This document shows positions 8,131 to 16,562 of a stretch of DNA of 35,146 nt, piece by piece. Every line of letters starts with the position of its first letter. The stretch's first letter is position 1. Origin of the DNA: a virus (Duplodnaviria; Heunggongvirae; Uroviricota; Caudoviricetes); IMG/VR virus record IMGVR_UViG_2909309443_000004. One strand, 5' to 3'. The position numbers and the translations under genes are program-made. The notes under the pieces are model-generated. The model ran no database searches, was not told where the DNA came from, and saw nothing but the letters and a program-made list of their open reading frames with translations.

Positions 8131-8207
8131 TTACCTGGAAGGTAATAAAATGTTCTAATCTCTATTGATTTCATGTCTTATGTGGTTTTTAATTACCTAA
8201 GGGGTAA
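8131..8207 (+). promoter_or_regulatory. promoter flanked by two perfect operators
   Basis: TTACCTGGAAGGTAA (8131-8145) and TTACCTAAGGGGTAA (8193-8207). TTGATT (8165-8170), 17-nt spacer, TTTAAT (8188-8193). The second operator covers the predicted start site and the RBS of the next ORF. Confidence 0.65.
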
Positions 8208-8210
8208 ATC

Positions 8211-8333
8211 ATGAGAAAACAGATACAGGCTCTTGGTCGACTCAAAACAGGCCAGATGAACAAAACAGAATCTGCGTATTGCCAGCACCTTGAGCTGCGT
8301 AAACGTGCAGGGGAAATCGCCTGGTATCGATTC
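8211..8333 (+). pseudogene. 5' fragment of a small phage nuclease-like gene (DUF1064/resolvase-like by eye)
   Basis: MRKQIQALGRLKTGQMNKTESAYCQHLELRKRAGEIAWYRF looks like the N-terminus of a conserved family. After codon F (8331-8333) the frame reads unrelated sequence and stops at 8399. Confidence 0.45.
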
Positions 8334-8523
8334 ACCATCAGTGCCTGCAACACCAGAAGTTCAGGCAGCACCACAGGAGCAGGATGCCGCCGTTGTTGAT
8401 GCCCGCGACGAAGAAACTCGTCGCCGTCGCGCTGCTGCTGGTCGTAGTTCTACGCTGCTTACCGGTTCTCAGGGCGACACATCAACCGCTAATACCAGCG
8501 GTAAAACGCTGCTTGGTCAGTAA
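8334..8523 (+). pseudogene. 3' fragment of a T7 gp7.3-like small virion protein gene
   Basis: A different frame reads ..PEVQAAPQEQDAAVVDARDEETRRRRAAAGRSSTLLTGSQGDTSTANTSGKTLLGQ* and ends 14 nt before the portal start. No credible start codon or RBS of its own. Confidence 0.45.
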
Positions 8524-8537
8524 CCGGAGTCATTGAA

Positions 8538-10217
8538 ATGGCGGAAACAACTAAAGAGCGATTGAACAAACAGTTCGCACAACTTGAAAGCGAGCGTCAG
8601 TCGTTCGAGCCGCACTGGCGCGAGTTGAGTGATTACATCAACCCGCGTGGTTCCCGCTTTCTGACTTCTGAGGTCAACCGTAACGATCGACGCAATACAC
8701 GCATTATTGATTCGACCGGGACTATGGCGGCGCGCACTCTCGCCAGCGGCATGATGTCAGGCATCACAAGCCCCGCGCGTCCGTGGTTTCGCCTGGCTAC
8801 GCCAGATCCTGAAATGATGGATTATGGCCCTGTTAAGTTGTGGCTTGAGGCGGTGCAGAACCGCATGAACGATATGTTCAATAAGTCGAATCTCTATCAG
8901 TCGCTGCCGCAGTTATACGGAAGCCTCGGCACATACAGCACTGGCGCAATGGCGGTGCTGGAGGATGACGAGGACATCATTCGTACAATGCCATTCCCGA
9001 TAGGAAGTTACTACCTGGCTAACTCACCTCGTGGCAGTGTGGACACCTGTTTTCGCAAGTTCTCTATGACTGTTCGTCAGCTTGTTCAGGAGTTCGGGCT
9101 AAATAACGTCAGCGAATCCGTAAAAAGCATGTGGGAAAGCGGCACCTACGAGAAGTGGATTGACGTGATGCATTCGGTTTACCCGAACATTGACCGCGAT
9201 ACATCGAAGCTGGATAGCAAGAACAAGCCATTCAAATCGGTTTATTACGAGGTTGGTGGCGATAACGACAAGTTGTTGCGTGAGTCCGGATTTGATGAGT
9301 TTCCAATTATGGCTCCGCGCTGGGAAGTTAACGGCGAAGATGTTTATGGATCATCATGCCCGGGTATGCTGGCGCTTGGAGCTGTTAAGGCATTGCAGCT
9401 TCTCCAGAAGCGCAAGTCGCAGTTGATTGATAAAGCCACCAATCCGCCGATGGTTGCTCCGACTTCCCTCAAGAATCAGCGTGCCTCCCTTCTTCCTGGC
9501 GACATCACGTATATCGATCAGATTACTGGTCAGGATGGTTTCAGGCCTGCTTATCTGGTTAACCCCAGTACAGCAGATTTGGTGGCAGACATTCAGGACA
9601 CTCGTCAAATCATTAACAGCGCCTACTTTGTCGATCTGTTCATGATGTTGCAGAACATCAATACCCGCTCGATGCCTGTTGAAGCGGTGATCGAAATGAA
9701 AGAAGAAAAACTTCTGATGTTGGGGCCGGTTCTGGAGCGTCTGAACGACGAATGTCTTAACCCTCTCATTGACCGCGCTTTCTCGATGATGGTGCGTAAA
9801 AACATGCTGCCGCCACCGCCTGACGCGATGGAAGGTATGCCCCTGAAGGTCGAATACATTTCCGTCATGGCTCAGGCGCAGAAGTCTATCGGCCTGTCCA
9901 GTCTGGCGTCCACGGTTAACTTCATTGGTCAACTTGCGCAAGCGAAACCAGAAGCTCTCGACAAACTCAACGTTGATCAGGCGATCGATGCATTCGCTGA
10001 TATGTCCGGAGTGTCTCCAACCGTCATTGTTCCGCAGGAACAGGTTGAGCAGGCTCGCCAGCAACGGGCACAGCAACAACAGCAGCAACAAATGATGGCG
10101 ATGGGGATGGCGGCGGCACAGGGTGCCAAGACGCTAAGCGAAGCTAAAACTTCGGATCCGAGTGTTTTGTCAGCTATGGCGAATGCAGTTAGTGGTCAGG
10201 GTGGGCAATCACAATGA
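8538..10217 (+). CDS. portal protein (T7-type head-to-tail connector family)
   Basis: 559 aa. N-terminus RLNKQFAQLESERQSFEPHWRELSDYINPRGSRF..RNTRIIDSTGTMAARTLASGMMSGITSPARPWFRL is typical of podovirus portals. Gln-rich C-terminus. Confidence 0.9.
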   Translation: MAETTKERLNKQFAQLESERQSFEPHWRELSDYINPRGSRFLTSEVNRNDRRNTRIIDSTGTMAARTLASGMMSGITSPARPWFRLATPDPEMMDYGPVKLWLEAVQNRMNDMFNKSNLYQSLPQLYGSLGTYSTGAMAVLEDDEDIIRTMPFPIGSYYLANSPRGSVDTCFRKFSMTVRQLVQEFGLNNVSESVKSMWESGTYEKWIDVMHSVYPNIDRDTSKLDSKNKPFKSVYYEVGGDNDKLLRESGFDEFPIMAPRWEVNGEDVYGSSCPGMLALGAVKALQLLQKRKSQLIDKATNPPMVAPTSLKNQRASLLPGDITYIDQITGQDGFRPAYLVNPSTADLVADIQDTRQIINSAYFVDLFMMLQNINTRSMPVEAVIEMKEEKLLMLGPVLERLNDECLNPLIDRAFSMMVRKNMLPPPPDAMEGMPLKVEYISVMAQAQKSIGLSSLASTVNFIGQLAQAKPEALDKLNVDQAIDAFADMSGVSPTVIVPQEQVEQARQQRAQQQQQQQMMAMGMAAAQGAKTLSEAKTSDPSVLSAMANAVSGQGGQSQ

Positions 10218-10510
10218 CAGATTACGAAGATGATCAACTGAAAGAAGAAAACGCCCGTAAGCAACGTGACATGGCACAGCGTGAAATTGATGACATTCGC
10301 TTTGTCATGAGCAGTGAACAGGGGCGTCGCGTTGTCTGGTCGGTGCTGGAGAAAGGCCGTGTGTTTTCCGCTATCTCACCGATGGACGCTATGGCAATGG
10401 CATTTAATGAGGGGCAACGCAATCTGGCGCTGGAACTGTTTCAGCGCGTTATGGCGCATTGCCCTGAACAGTATTTGAAGATGGCCAAAGAGGCCAGTGA
10501 ACAGGAGTGA
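10214..10510 (+). CDS. small conserved head-module protein (Bbp19-like by eye)
   Basis: 98 aa. ATGA overlap with the portal stop, positioned between portal and scaffold. Confidence 0.55.
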   Translation: MTDYEDDQLKEENARKQRDMAQREIDDIRFVMSSEQGRRVVWSVLEKGRVFSAISPMDAMAMAFNEGQRNLALELFQRVMAHCPEQYLKMAKEASEQE

Positions 10511-10512
10511 TC

Positions 10513-11208
10513 ATGAATTTATTTGAGCGTTTGCTGTATCGCCGTCTTTGCAATGAGCAACCAGTCGATGGTGGAGCAGCTCCGGCTGCGTCAGAACCGT
10601 CAGCGCCTGCAGGTGATAACCCTGCTCCAGTTGGTGATCCATCACAATCGGAAGGTGATAAGCCACAACCTGTTGCTGATGGCGATAAACCTGCTGATGA
10701 CAAAAAGCCTGAAAGCGATAAGCAGGGTGAAAAAAAGGACGGCGATAAACCGGATGGTGCGCCGGAGAAGTACGAGTTTCAGGCTGCCGAAGGCGTAGAG
10801 CTGGATACAGAAGCGTTAAAGGAATTCGAGCCGGTGGCGCGAGAACTAAACCTGACCAACGAGCAAGCGCAAAAGCTGGTTGATGCTTATCCGAAGATTC
10901 TGGCAGGTGTTCAGCAGCGCCAGGCAGAAGCCTGGCAGAAAACAACCGAGCAGTGGGCTGCGGATGTAAAAGCTGACAAAGAAATCGGTGGCGACAAGTT
11001 GATTTCTAACCTTAGCTCCGCACAGCGTGCGCTTGACCAGTTCGGGACACCTGAACTCAAAGAATATCTGAACACCACCGGGCTGGGTAATCACCCTGAT
11101 CTGGTCAAAACGTTCGTGAAAATCGGAAAGGCGATGTCTGAAGATGGCATGGTCACCGGTGGTAATGAAGGCCAGCGTAGTGCGGCCGAAGTGCTCTATG
11201 GCAAATAA
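10513..11208 (+). CDS. scaffolding protein
   Basis: ATG at 10513 with AGGAG 5 nt upstream. Acidic/Pro-rich GDKP-repeat N-terminus then a helical C-terminus. Sits directly before the capsid gene. Confidence 0.72.
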   Translation: MNLFERLLYRRLCNEQPVDGGAAPAASEPSAPAGDNPAPVGDPSQSEGDKPQPVADGDKPADDKKPESDKQGEKKDGDKPDGAPEKYEFQAAEGVELDTEALKEFEPVARELNLTNEQAQKLVDAYPKILAGVQQRQAEAWQKTTEQWAADVKADKEIGGDKLISNLSSAQRALDQFGTPELKEYLNTTGLGNHPDLVKTFVKIGKAMSEDGMVTGGNEGQRSAAEVLYGK

Positions 11209-11222
11209 GAGAGGAGATAACA

Positions 11223-12000
11223 ATGGCTGTTAAAGGCTTAACTGCGCTAACGCTGGCTGACTGGGGTAAGCGCGTCGATCCAAATGGGAAAGTCGATAAG
11301 ATTATCGAGCTTCTCAATCAAACTAACCCAATTCTTCAGGATATGCCTTTTGTTGAAGGAAACCTTCCTACCGGACACCGAACCACCATTCGTTCTGGTT
11401 TACCTTCTGCTACCTGGCGTTTGCTGAACTATGGCGTACAGCCAAGCAAATCAACCACAGTGCAGGTCACCGATTCCATTGGCATGCTGGAAACCTATGC
11501 TGAAGTCGATAAGTCTCTGGCTGATCTGAACGGTAATACTGCCGAATTCCGTCTGTCTGAAGACCGAGCATTTATTGAAGCGATGAATCAGGCGATGGCG
11601 CAGACACTGTTTTACGGTGATTCCAGCGTTAACCCTCAGCAGTTTATGGGACTGTCCTCCCGCTATTCCAGCCTGTCTGCGGGTAATGCTCAGAACATCA
11701 TTGATGCTGGTGGCACGGGTACAGATAACACTTCAATCTGGTTAGTGGTGTGGGGCGAAAACACCGTGCATGGCATCTTCCCGAAAGGACAGAAGGCTGG
11801 CATTCAGATGGAAGATAAAGGCCAGGTGACACTGGAAGATGCTAATGGCGGCAAGTACGAAGGTTATCGTACCCATTATAAGTGGGACAACGGGCTGACA
11901 TTACGTGACTGGCGCTATGTAGTTCGTATCGCAAACATCGATGTCAGCAATCTTTCAGAACCTTCCTCTGCCGCAAATATTGCGAAGTTGATGGTTAAAG
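11223..12000 (+). pseudogene. major capsid protein gene, 5' part (interrupted by IS)
   Basis: Capsid-like ORF reads to ..ANIAKLMVK and then runs into the IS inverted repeat. Joining 12000 to 14540 restores one 328-aa frame. Confidence 0.85.
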
Positions 12001-12085
12001 GTAAGCGTAAACTGACCGCCGTATGTAGCCATCAGACGAGAATTGGTAACTTAGACGCCCATCTGATATAGACGGACATCTAAGT

Positions 12086-12511
12086 ATGGAATTACAGGAC
12101 TGGCGAAAAGAACCTCGTAAAAACTATTCGAATGAATTCAAACTTCGTATGGTGGAACTGGCATCACAACCTGGAGCTTGTGTTGCACAGATTGCACGTG
12201 AAAATGGCGTCAATGATAATGTTATTTTCAAATGGCTCAGGCTCTGGCAGAACGAAGGGCGTGTTTCGCGGCGTCTTCCGGTAACGACCTCTTCTGACAC
12301 TGGCGTTGAATTATTACCTGTAGAAATAACGCCGGATGAGCAGAAAGAACCTGTGGCGGCCATTGCGCCGTCTTTATCCACTTCCACTCAGACCAGAGTC
12401 AGTGCCAGTTCCTGCAAGGTGGAATTCCGTCACGGTAACATGACGCTGGAAAATCCATCGCCAGAGCTGCTCACAGTGTTGATCCGTGAACTGACCGGGA
12501 GGGGAAGATGA
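12086..12511 (+). CDS. tnpA: IS66-family accessory protein TnpA (HTH)
   Basis: 141 aa, RKNYSNEFKLRMVELASQPGACVAQIARENGVNDNVIFKWLR. ATGA overlap with tnpB. Confidence 0.88.
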   Translation: MELQDWRKEPRKNYSNEFKLRMVELASQPGACVAQIARENGVNDNVIFKWLRLWQNEGRVSRRLPVTTSSDTGVELLPVEITPDEQKEPVAAIAPSLSTSTQTRVSASSCKVEFRHGNMTLENPSPELLTVLIRELTGRGR

Positions 12512-12858
12512 TCTCACTCCCATCAGGTACCCGTATCTGGCTCGTTGCCGGCGTTACCGATATGCGTAAATCCTTCAACGGACTGGGAGAACAGGTACAA
12601 CATGTGCTGAATGATAATCCCTTCTCCGGTCACCTGTTTATCTTCCGTGGCCGACGGGGTGACACCGTCAAAATTCTTTGGGCTGATGCTGATGGTCTGT
12701 GCCTGTTCACCAAACGCCTGGAGGAAGGCCAGTTTATCTGGCCTGCGGTACGTGACGGCAAGGTATCCATTACCCGCTCGCAACTGGCAATGCTCCTCGA
12801 TAAGCTGGACTGGCGTCAGCCAAAAACATCCAGCCGTAACTCACTGACAATGTTGTAA
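12508..12858 (+). CDS. tnpB: IS66-family Orf2 protein TnpB
   Basis: 116 aa, RIWLVAGVTDMRKSFNGLGEQVQHVL..LFIFRGRRGDTVKILWADADGLCLFTKRLE, typical of IS66 Orf2. Confidence 0.9.
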   Translation: MISLPSGTRIWLVAGVTDMRKSFNGLGEQVQHVLNDNPFSGHLFIFRGRRGDTVKILWADADGLCLFTKRLEEGQFIWPAVRDGKVSITRSQLAMLLDKLDWRQPKTSSRNSLTML

Positions 12859-12888
12859 AAAACTCCTGACCGCATTATAAAAACGGTC

Positions 12889-14502
12889 ATGAGTCAGAAA
12901 TACCTCATTCGCATCGCAGAGCTGGAAAGGTTGCTCTCTGAGCAGGCTGAAGCCCTCCGTCAGAAAGACCAGCAACTGAGTCTGGTTGAAGAGACGGAAG
13001 CCTTCCTGCGCTCTGCACTGACACGTGCCGAAGAAAAGATCGAAGAAGATGAACGGGAAATAGAACATCTGCGGGCTCAGATAGAAAAACTGCGCCGGAT
13101 GCTGTTCGGTACCCGTTCTGAAAAACTGCGTCGTGAAGTTGAACTGGCTGAGGCTCTGCTGAAACAACGTGAACAGGACAGCGATCGTTACAGTGGGCGG
13201 GAAGACGATCCTCAGGTTCCCCGCCAGTTGCGACAGTCGCGCCATCGTCGTCCGTTACCGGCACACCTTCCCCGTGAAATACACCGCCTGGAGCCAGAAG
13301 AAAGCTGTTGCCCGGAGTGTGGCGGTGAGCTGGATTATCTGGGGGAAGTCAGCGCTGAACAGCTGGAACTGGTGAGCAGTGCCCTGAAAGTGATCCGCAC
13401 AGAACGGGTAAAAAAAGCCTGTACAAAATGTGACTGTATTGTTGAAGCACCGGCGCCGTCCCGCCCGATAGAGCGTGGTATCGCGGGCCCCGGATTACTT
13501 GCCCGCGTGTTAACGGGAAAATACTGCGAACATCTGCCACTGTATCGTCAGAGTGAAATCTTTGCCCGCCAGGGTGTCGAACTGAGCCGGGCCTTACTCT
13601 CCAACTGGGTTGACGCGTGCTGCCAGTTAATGACACCGGTGAATGATGCCCTGTACCGTTATGTAATGAACACCCGCAAGATTCACACTGATGACACACC
13701 GGTAAAGGTACTGGCACCGGGTCAGAAAAAGGCGAAAACAGGGCGTATCTGGACGTATGTCCGGGATGATCGCAATGTGGGTTCGTCATCTCCTCCAGCG
13801 GTCTGGTTCGCGTACTCGCCGAACCGGCAGGGGAAACACCCGGAGCAACACCTCCGCCCCTTCCGGGGTATCCTGCAGGCGGATGCGTTCACAGGTTACG
13901 ACAGGTTGTTCAGTGCAGAACGTGAAGGTGGTGCACTGACAGAAGTTGCGTGCTGGGCCCATGCCCGGCGAAAAATCCACGATGTATACATCAGCAGCAA
14001 AAGTGCGACGGCAGAAGAAGCACTGAAGCGAATCAGTGAACTGTACGCCATCGAGGATGAAATACGGGGATTACCGGAGTCAGAGCGTCTTGCCGTCAGG
14101 CAGCAGCGAAGCAAAGTGTTACTGACGTCGCTGCATGAATGGATGGTGGAGAAGAATGGTACGCTGTCGAAAAAATCCAGACTGGGCGAAGCGTTCAGCT
14201 ATGTACTGAATCAGTGGGATGCCCTCTGTTATTACAGTGATGACGGTCTGGCGGAGGCGGATAATAATGCTGCGGAAAGAGCGCTTCGTGCAGTCTGTCT
14301 CGGAAAGAAAAACTTTATGTTCTTTGGCAGCGATCACGGCGGCGAGCGTGGAGCACTGTTGTACGGGCTGATCGGCACCTGCCGTCTGAACGGTATCGAT
14401 CCGGAAGCGTATCTGCGCCATATCCTGAGCGTACTGCCGGAATGGCCTTCCAACCGAGTTGATGAACTCCTGCCATGGAACGTAGTACTCACCAATAAAT
14501 AA
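12889..14502 (+). CDS. tnpC: IS66-family DDE transposase TnpC
   Basis: 537 aa with an N-terminal coiled coil/leucine zipper, a CPECGG..C-x-x-C zinc motif, and a core with HTDDTPVKVL and DNNAAERALR. Confidence 0.92.
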   Translation: MSQKYLIRIAELERLLSEQAEALRQKDQQLSLVEETEAFLRSALTRAEEKIEEDEREIEHLRAQIEKLRRMLFGTRSEKLRREVELAEALLKQREQDSDRYSGREDDPQVPRQLRQSRHRRPLPAHLPREIHRLEPEESCCPECGGELDYLGEVSAEQLELVSSALKVIRTERVKKACTKCDCIVEAPAPSRPIERGIAGPGLLARVLTGKYCEHLPLYRQSEIFARQGVELSRALLSNWVDACCQLMTPVNDALYRYVMNTRKIHTDDTPVKVLAPGQKKAKTGRIWTYVRDDRNVGSSSPPAVWFAYSPNRQGKHPEQHLRPFRGILQADAFTGYDRLFSAEREGGALTEVACWAHARRKIHDVYISSKSATAEEALKRISELYAIEDEIRGLPESERLAVRQQRSKVLLTSLHEWMVEKNGTLSKKSRLGEAFSYVLNQWDALCYYSDDGLAEADNNAAERALRAVCLGKKNFMFFGSDHGGERGALLYGLIGTCRLNGIDPEAYLRHILSVLPEWPSNRVDELLPWNVVLTNK

Positions 14503-14539
14503 GCGTCAATACGGTGCTCCGTTGACGCTTACGTTAAAG

Positions 14540-14748
14540 CACTGCATCGCATTCCAAACCGTGGCATGGGTCGCCCGGTGTTCTACATGAACCGCACTGT
14601 AGGCCAGGCTCTTGATCTGCAATCTCTGGAGAAAACATCTCTGGCTATCAGCGTAAAAGAGACTGAAGGCGAGTGGTGGACTTCATTCCGTGGTGTACCA
14701 ATCCGTGAAACTGATGCGCTTCTGGAAACAGAAGCCCGCGTGGTGTAA
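14540..14748 (+). pseudogene. major capsid protein gene, 3' part
   Basis: Continues the 11223 frame after removal of the IS plus one repeat copy (..MVK|ALHRIPNRGMGRPVFYMNRTV..EARVV*). The track ORF 14566-14748 is its ATG-delimited tail. Confidence 0.82.
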
Positions 14749-14764
14749 CGCCTGTTATTAACCT

Positions 14765-14784
14765 GTGGGTCGTAACAGACCCAC
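14765..14784 (+). other. stem-loop after the capsid gene (no T-tract)
   Basis: GTGGGTC-GTAACA-GACCCAC, 17 nt after the capsid stop. Possibly an attenuator or RNA-stability element. Confidence 0.3.
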
Positions 14785-14799
14785 TAATGGAGAAAGAAG

Positions 14800-15237
14800 A
14801 TGATCACCGACAAACTGTTGATGTTCTCCGAAGCACAGGCGGTAACTGATACCGCGGCTTCTACTGACGTAATCGATCTCGGTCCAATTGACGGAAACCG
14901 TCGCGATATCGGTGTGGGTTACCCGCTTGAGTTTTGGGTGCTGGTTAACGAAGCCGCCACGGCAAGTGGTGAGGCAACTGTAAACATCCAGTTGCAGACG
15001 AGTGAGAATAACAGCTCATGGTCCACTATTTATGATAGTGGCGCACTGGCAAAGGCTACCCTGACAGCAGGTAAACGAGTTGTTTCTGCAAAGGTTCCTT
15101 CCGGTGTTCAGCGATATCTGCGTGTTAACTACTCCGTCGCGACTGGCCCACTAACGGCCTGCAAATTCACTGCTGGTATCAATCTTGATGTTGATGCCAA
15201 TACGCCGTATCCGATCCGCTCAAAAGTAACTGGTTAA
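14800..15237 (+). CDS. putative capsid cement/decoration protein (Bbp16-like by eye)
   Basis: 145 aa. N-terminus LLMFSEAQAVTDTAASTDVIDLG..DIGVGYPLEFWVLV matches the pattern I associate with podovirus jelly-roll cement proteins. GGAG RBS. Confidence 0.45.
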   Translation: MITDKLLMFSEAQAVTDTAASTDVIDLGPIDGNRRDIGVGYPLEFWVLVNEAATASGEATVNIQLQTSENNSSWSTIYDSGALAKATLTAGKRVVSAKVPSGVQRYLRVNYSVATGPLTACKFTAGINLDVDANTPYPIRSKVTG

Positions 15238-15247
15238 GGTGATATCG

Positions 15248-15583
15248 ATGTCAGGTGAGAAACCAAGATACCGCGTTCTGCGCCTCTCTCATATCCATAA
15301 CACTCTGTGGCCGGAGGGGGCAGAAATCGAATACGAAGGTGAGCCTGGTAGCGCACTGGAACCTGTTAACGATGCAGCCAGACAGGCAAAAGCAAAAGTT
15401 GCAGGAAAGGTGTCAATGGCAGCAACCAGCACCAAAATCATCAACGATGTGTCAGATGATGGTGAACTGGATAAGCTCCGTGAAGAGTACGAATTGCTCT
15501 TTAACGAGAAGCCACACCATAACGCCAAAGCAGAAACGCTCCGCGAGAAGATCGCAAATAAGCGTAAAGAACTGGGCGTGTAA
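15248..15583 (+). CDS. hypothetical head-module protein (111 aa)
   Basis: ATG at 15248 preceded by AAGGTGA. Predicted helical, Lys/Glu-rich C-terminus. Followed by a strong terminator. Confidence 0.6.
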   Translation: MSGEKPRYRVLRLSHIHNTLWPEGAEIEYEGEPGSALEPVNDAARQAKAKVAGKVSMAATSTKIINDVSDDGELDKLREEYELLFNEKPHHNAKAETLREKIANKRKELGV

Positions 15584-15599
15584 GCCTCGCGAATCAGAC

Positions 15600-15621
15600 A
15601 AGGGGCTTCGGCCCCTTTATT
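15600..15621 (+). terminator. rho-independent terminator
   Basis: AAGGGGC-TTCG-GCCCCTT followed by TATT. Confidence 0.7.
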
Positions 15622-15633
15622 GCAGGAGTGTAT

Positions 15634-15957
15634 ATGGAACTCGTAAACCTCAAAACCGGCACTGACAGCTACCAGGATGAGAGCGGAGAAACCAGAACTC
15701 GCGATGAATACCCGTGGGGGCTGTGCATCACTCTTAATAACGACACATTGAATAAGCTGAAGGCGCAACCTAAGGGCGTCGGAACAGAAGTGATGATAAC
15801 TGCAAAGGCTGTTATTCGAGGCCTGTCTGCCAGAGAAACTGACGATGGCGTTAATCGCAGCGCCGATCTGCAGATCACTGATATGGCGATCGCTCCTGTT
15901 TCCGGGGATGTAGAAAAATCAGCGGCTGAAACTCTGTACGGTAACGGAGGTGAGTGA
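15634..15957 (+). CDS. hypothetical virion protein (107 aa)
   Basis: ATG at 15634 with GGAG 5 nt upstream. The stop overlaps the next start (TGATG). Confidence 0.6.
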   Translation: MELVNLKTGTDSYQDESGETRTRDEYPWGLCITLNNDTLNKLKAQPKGVGTEVMITAKAVIRGLSARETDDGVNRSADLQITDMAIAPVSGDVEKSAAETLYGNGGE

Positions 15958-16562
15958 TGGCCTCTGTAGTAGAGATCTGTAATCGCGCGCTGTCCAATAT
16001 TGGCAACAGCCGCAGCATTAACAGCCTGACGGAAGCCAGCAAGGAAGCGGGGGAATGTTCGCTGCACTTTGAGGCCTGCCGTGATGCTGTGCTTTCTGAT
16101 TTTGACTGGAACTTTGCTACCAAACGCGTGGCGCTTGCAGATACGAGCAATCCACCGCCTGACTGGGAATATGCGTACCAGTACCCGTCAGATTGTCTGC
16201 GCATTACTGAAATTATGCTTCCTGGTGTACGCAATCCAACAGCAGCAATGCGCGTTCAGTACGAAGTTGGTGCAGACACCAACGGAACAGGAAAGTTGAT
16301 CTACACAGACCAGCCTCAGGCATGGCTCAAGTATGTCTCTCGCGTTACAGATGTGAACATGTTTGATGCCATTTTTATGGAGGCGTTGGCCTGGCGTCTT
16401 GCGGCAGCTATTAACATGGCGCTGACTGGGAATGCAGACCTCGGTACGTTTGCCCTCAATATGTACAATCGCGTGATTCTTAGTGCTGGCTCGCATAGCC
16501 AGAATGAATCACAGGAACCACAGCCACCGGTTGATGAGTTTACCATTGCGAGGTTGTCCTGA
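15957..16562 (+). CDS. head-tail adaptor / tail tubular protein A-like
   Basis: 201 aa. N-terminus VVEICNRALSNIGNSRSINSLTEASKEAGECSLHFEACRDAVLSDFDWNFA is typical of podovirus adaptor (gp11-position) proteins. GGAGG RBS. Confidence 0.6.
   Translation: MASVVEICNRALSNIGNSRSINSLTEASKEAGECSLHFEACRDAVLSDFDWNFATKRVALADTSNPPPDWEYAYQYPSDCLRITEIMLPGVRNPTAAMRVQYEVGADTNGTGKLIYTDQPQAWLKYVSRVTDVNMFDAIFMEALAWRLAAAINMALTGNADLGTFALNMYNRVILSAGSHSQNESQEPQPPVDEFTIARLS

Larger units (their letters stand above)
12001..14532 (+). mobile_element. IS66-family insertion sequence (2532 bp)
   Basis: Termini are GTAAGCGTAAACTGACCGCCGTATG and the reverse complement of ..CATACGGTGCTCCGTTGACGCTTAC, about 20/25 matching. 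Three-ORF tnpA-tnpB-tnpC layout. Flanked by the direct repeat GTTAAAG (11994-12000 and 14533-14539). Confidence 0.92.

Noticed and set aside
8290-8523. 77-aa track ORF as an intact gene.
   Set aside because: Its start is a TTG inside the truncated nuclease-like ORF with no RBS. Only its C-terminal part looks like real protein. It is interpreted as a 3' gene remnant.
9354-10091. 245-aa minus-strand ORF inside the portal gene. Similar long antisense ORFs occur at 16316-17005, 12841-13245, 13349-13789, 18787-19404, 22743-23258 and 32752-33408.
   Set aside because: Each lies antisense to a gene with clear family-level sequence features. They have no RBS or start context, and their products are low-complexity Arg/Leu/His-rich shadow-frame translations.
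10560-10760. GDKP-type acidic/Pro-rich repeats in the scaffold gene, and the poly-Gln run near the portal C-terminus (10060-10095).
   Set aside because: These are low-complexity segments typical of scaffold N-termini and portal tails, not independent features.
15255-15665. 136-aa alternative-frame ORF overlapping the 15248-15583 gene and running through the terminator.
   Set aside because: It reads through a strong hairpin terminator and the next gene's RBS. The 15248 frame has the better RBS and a clean stop before the terminator.
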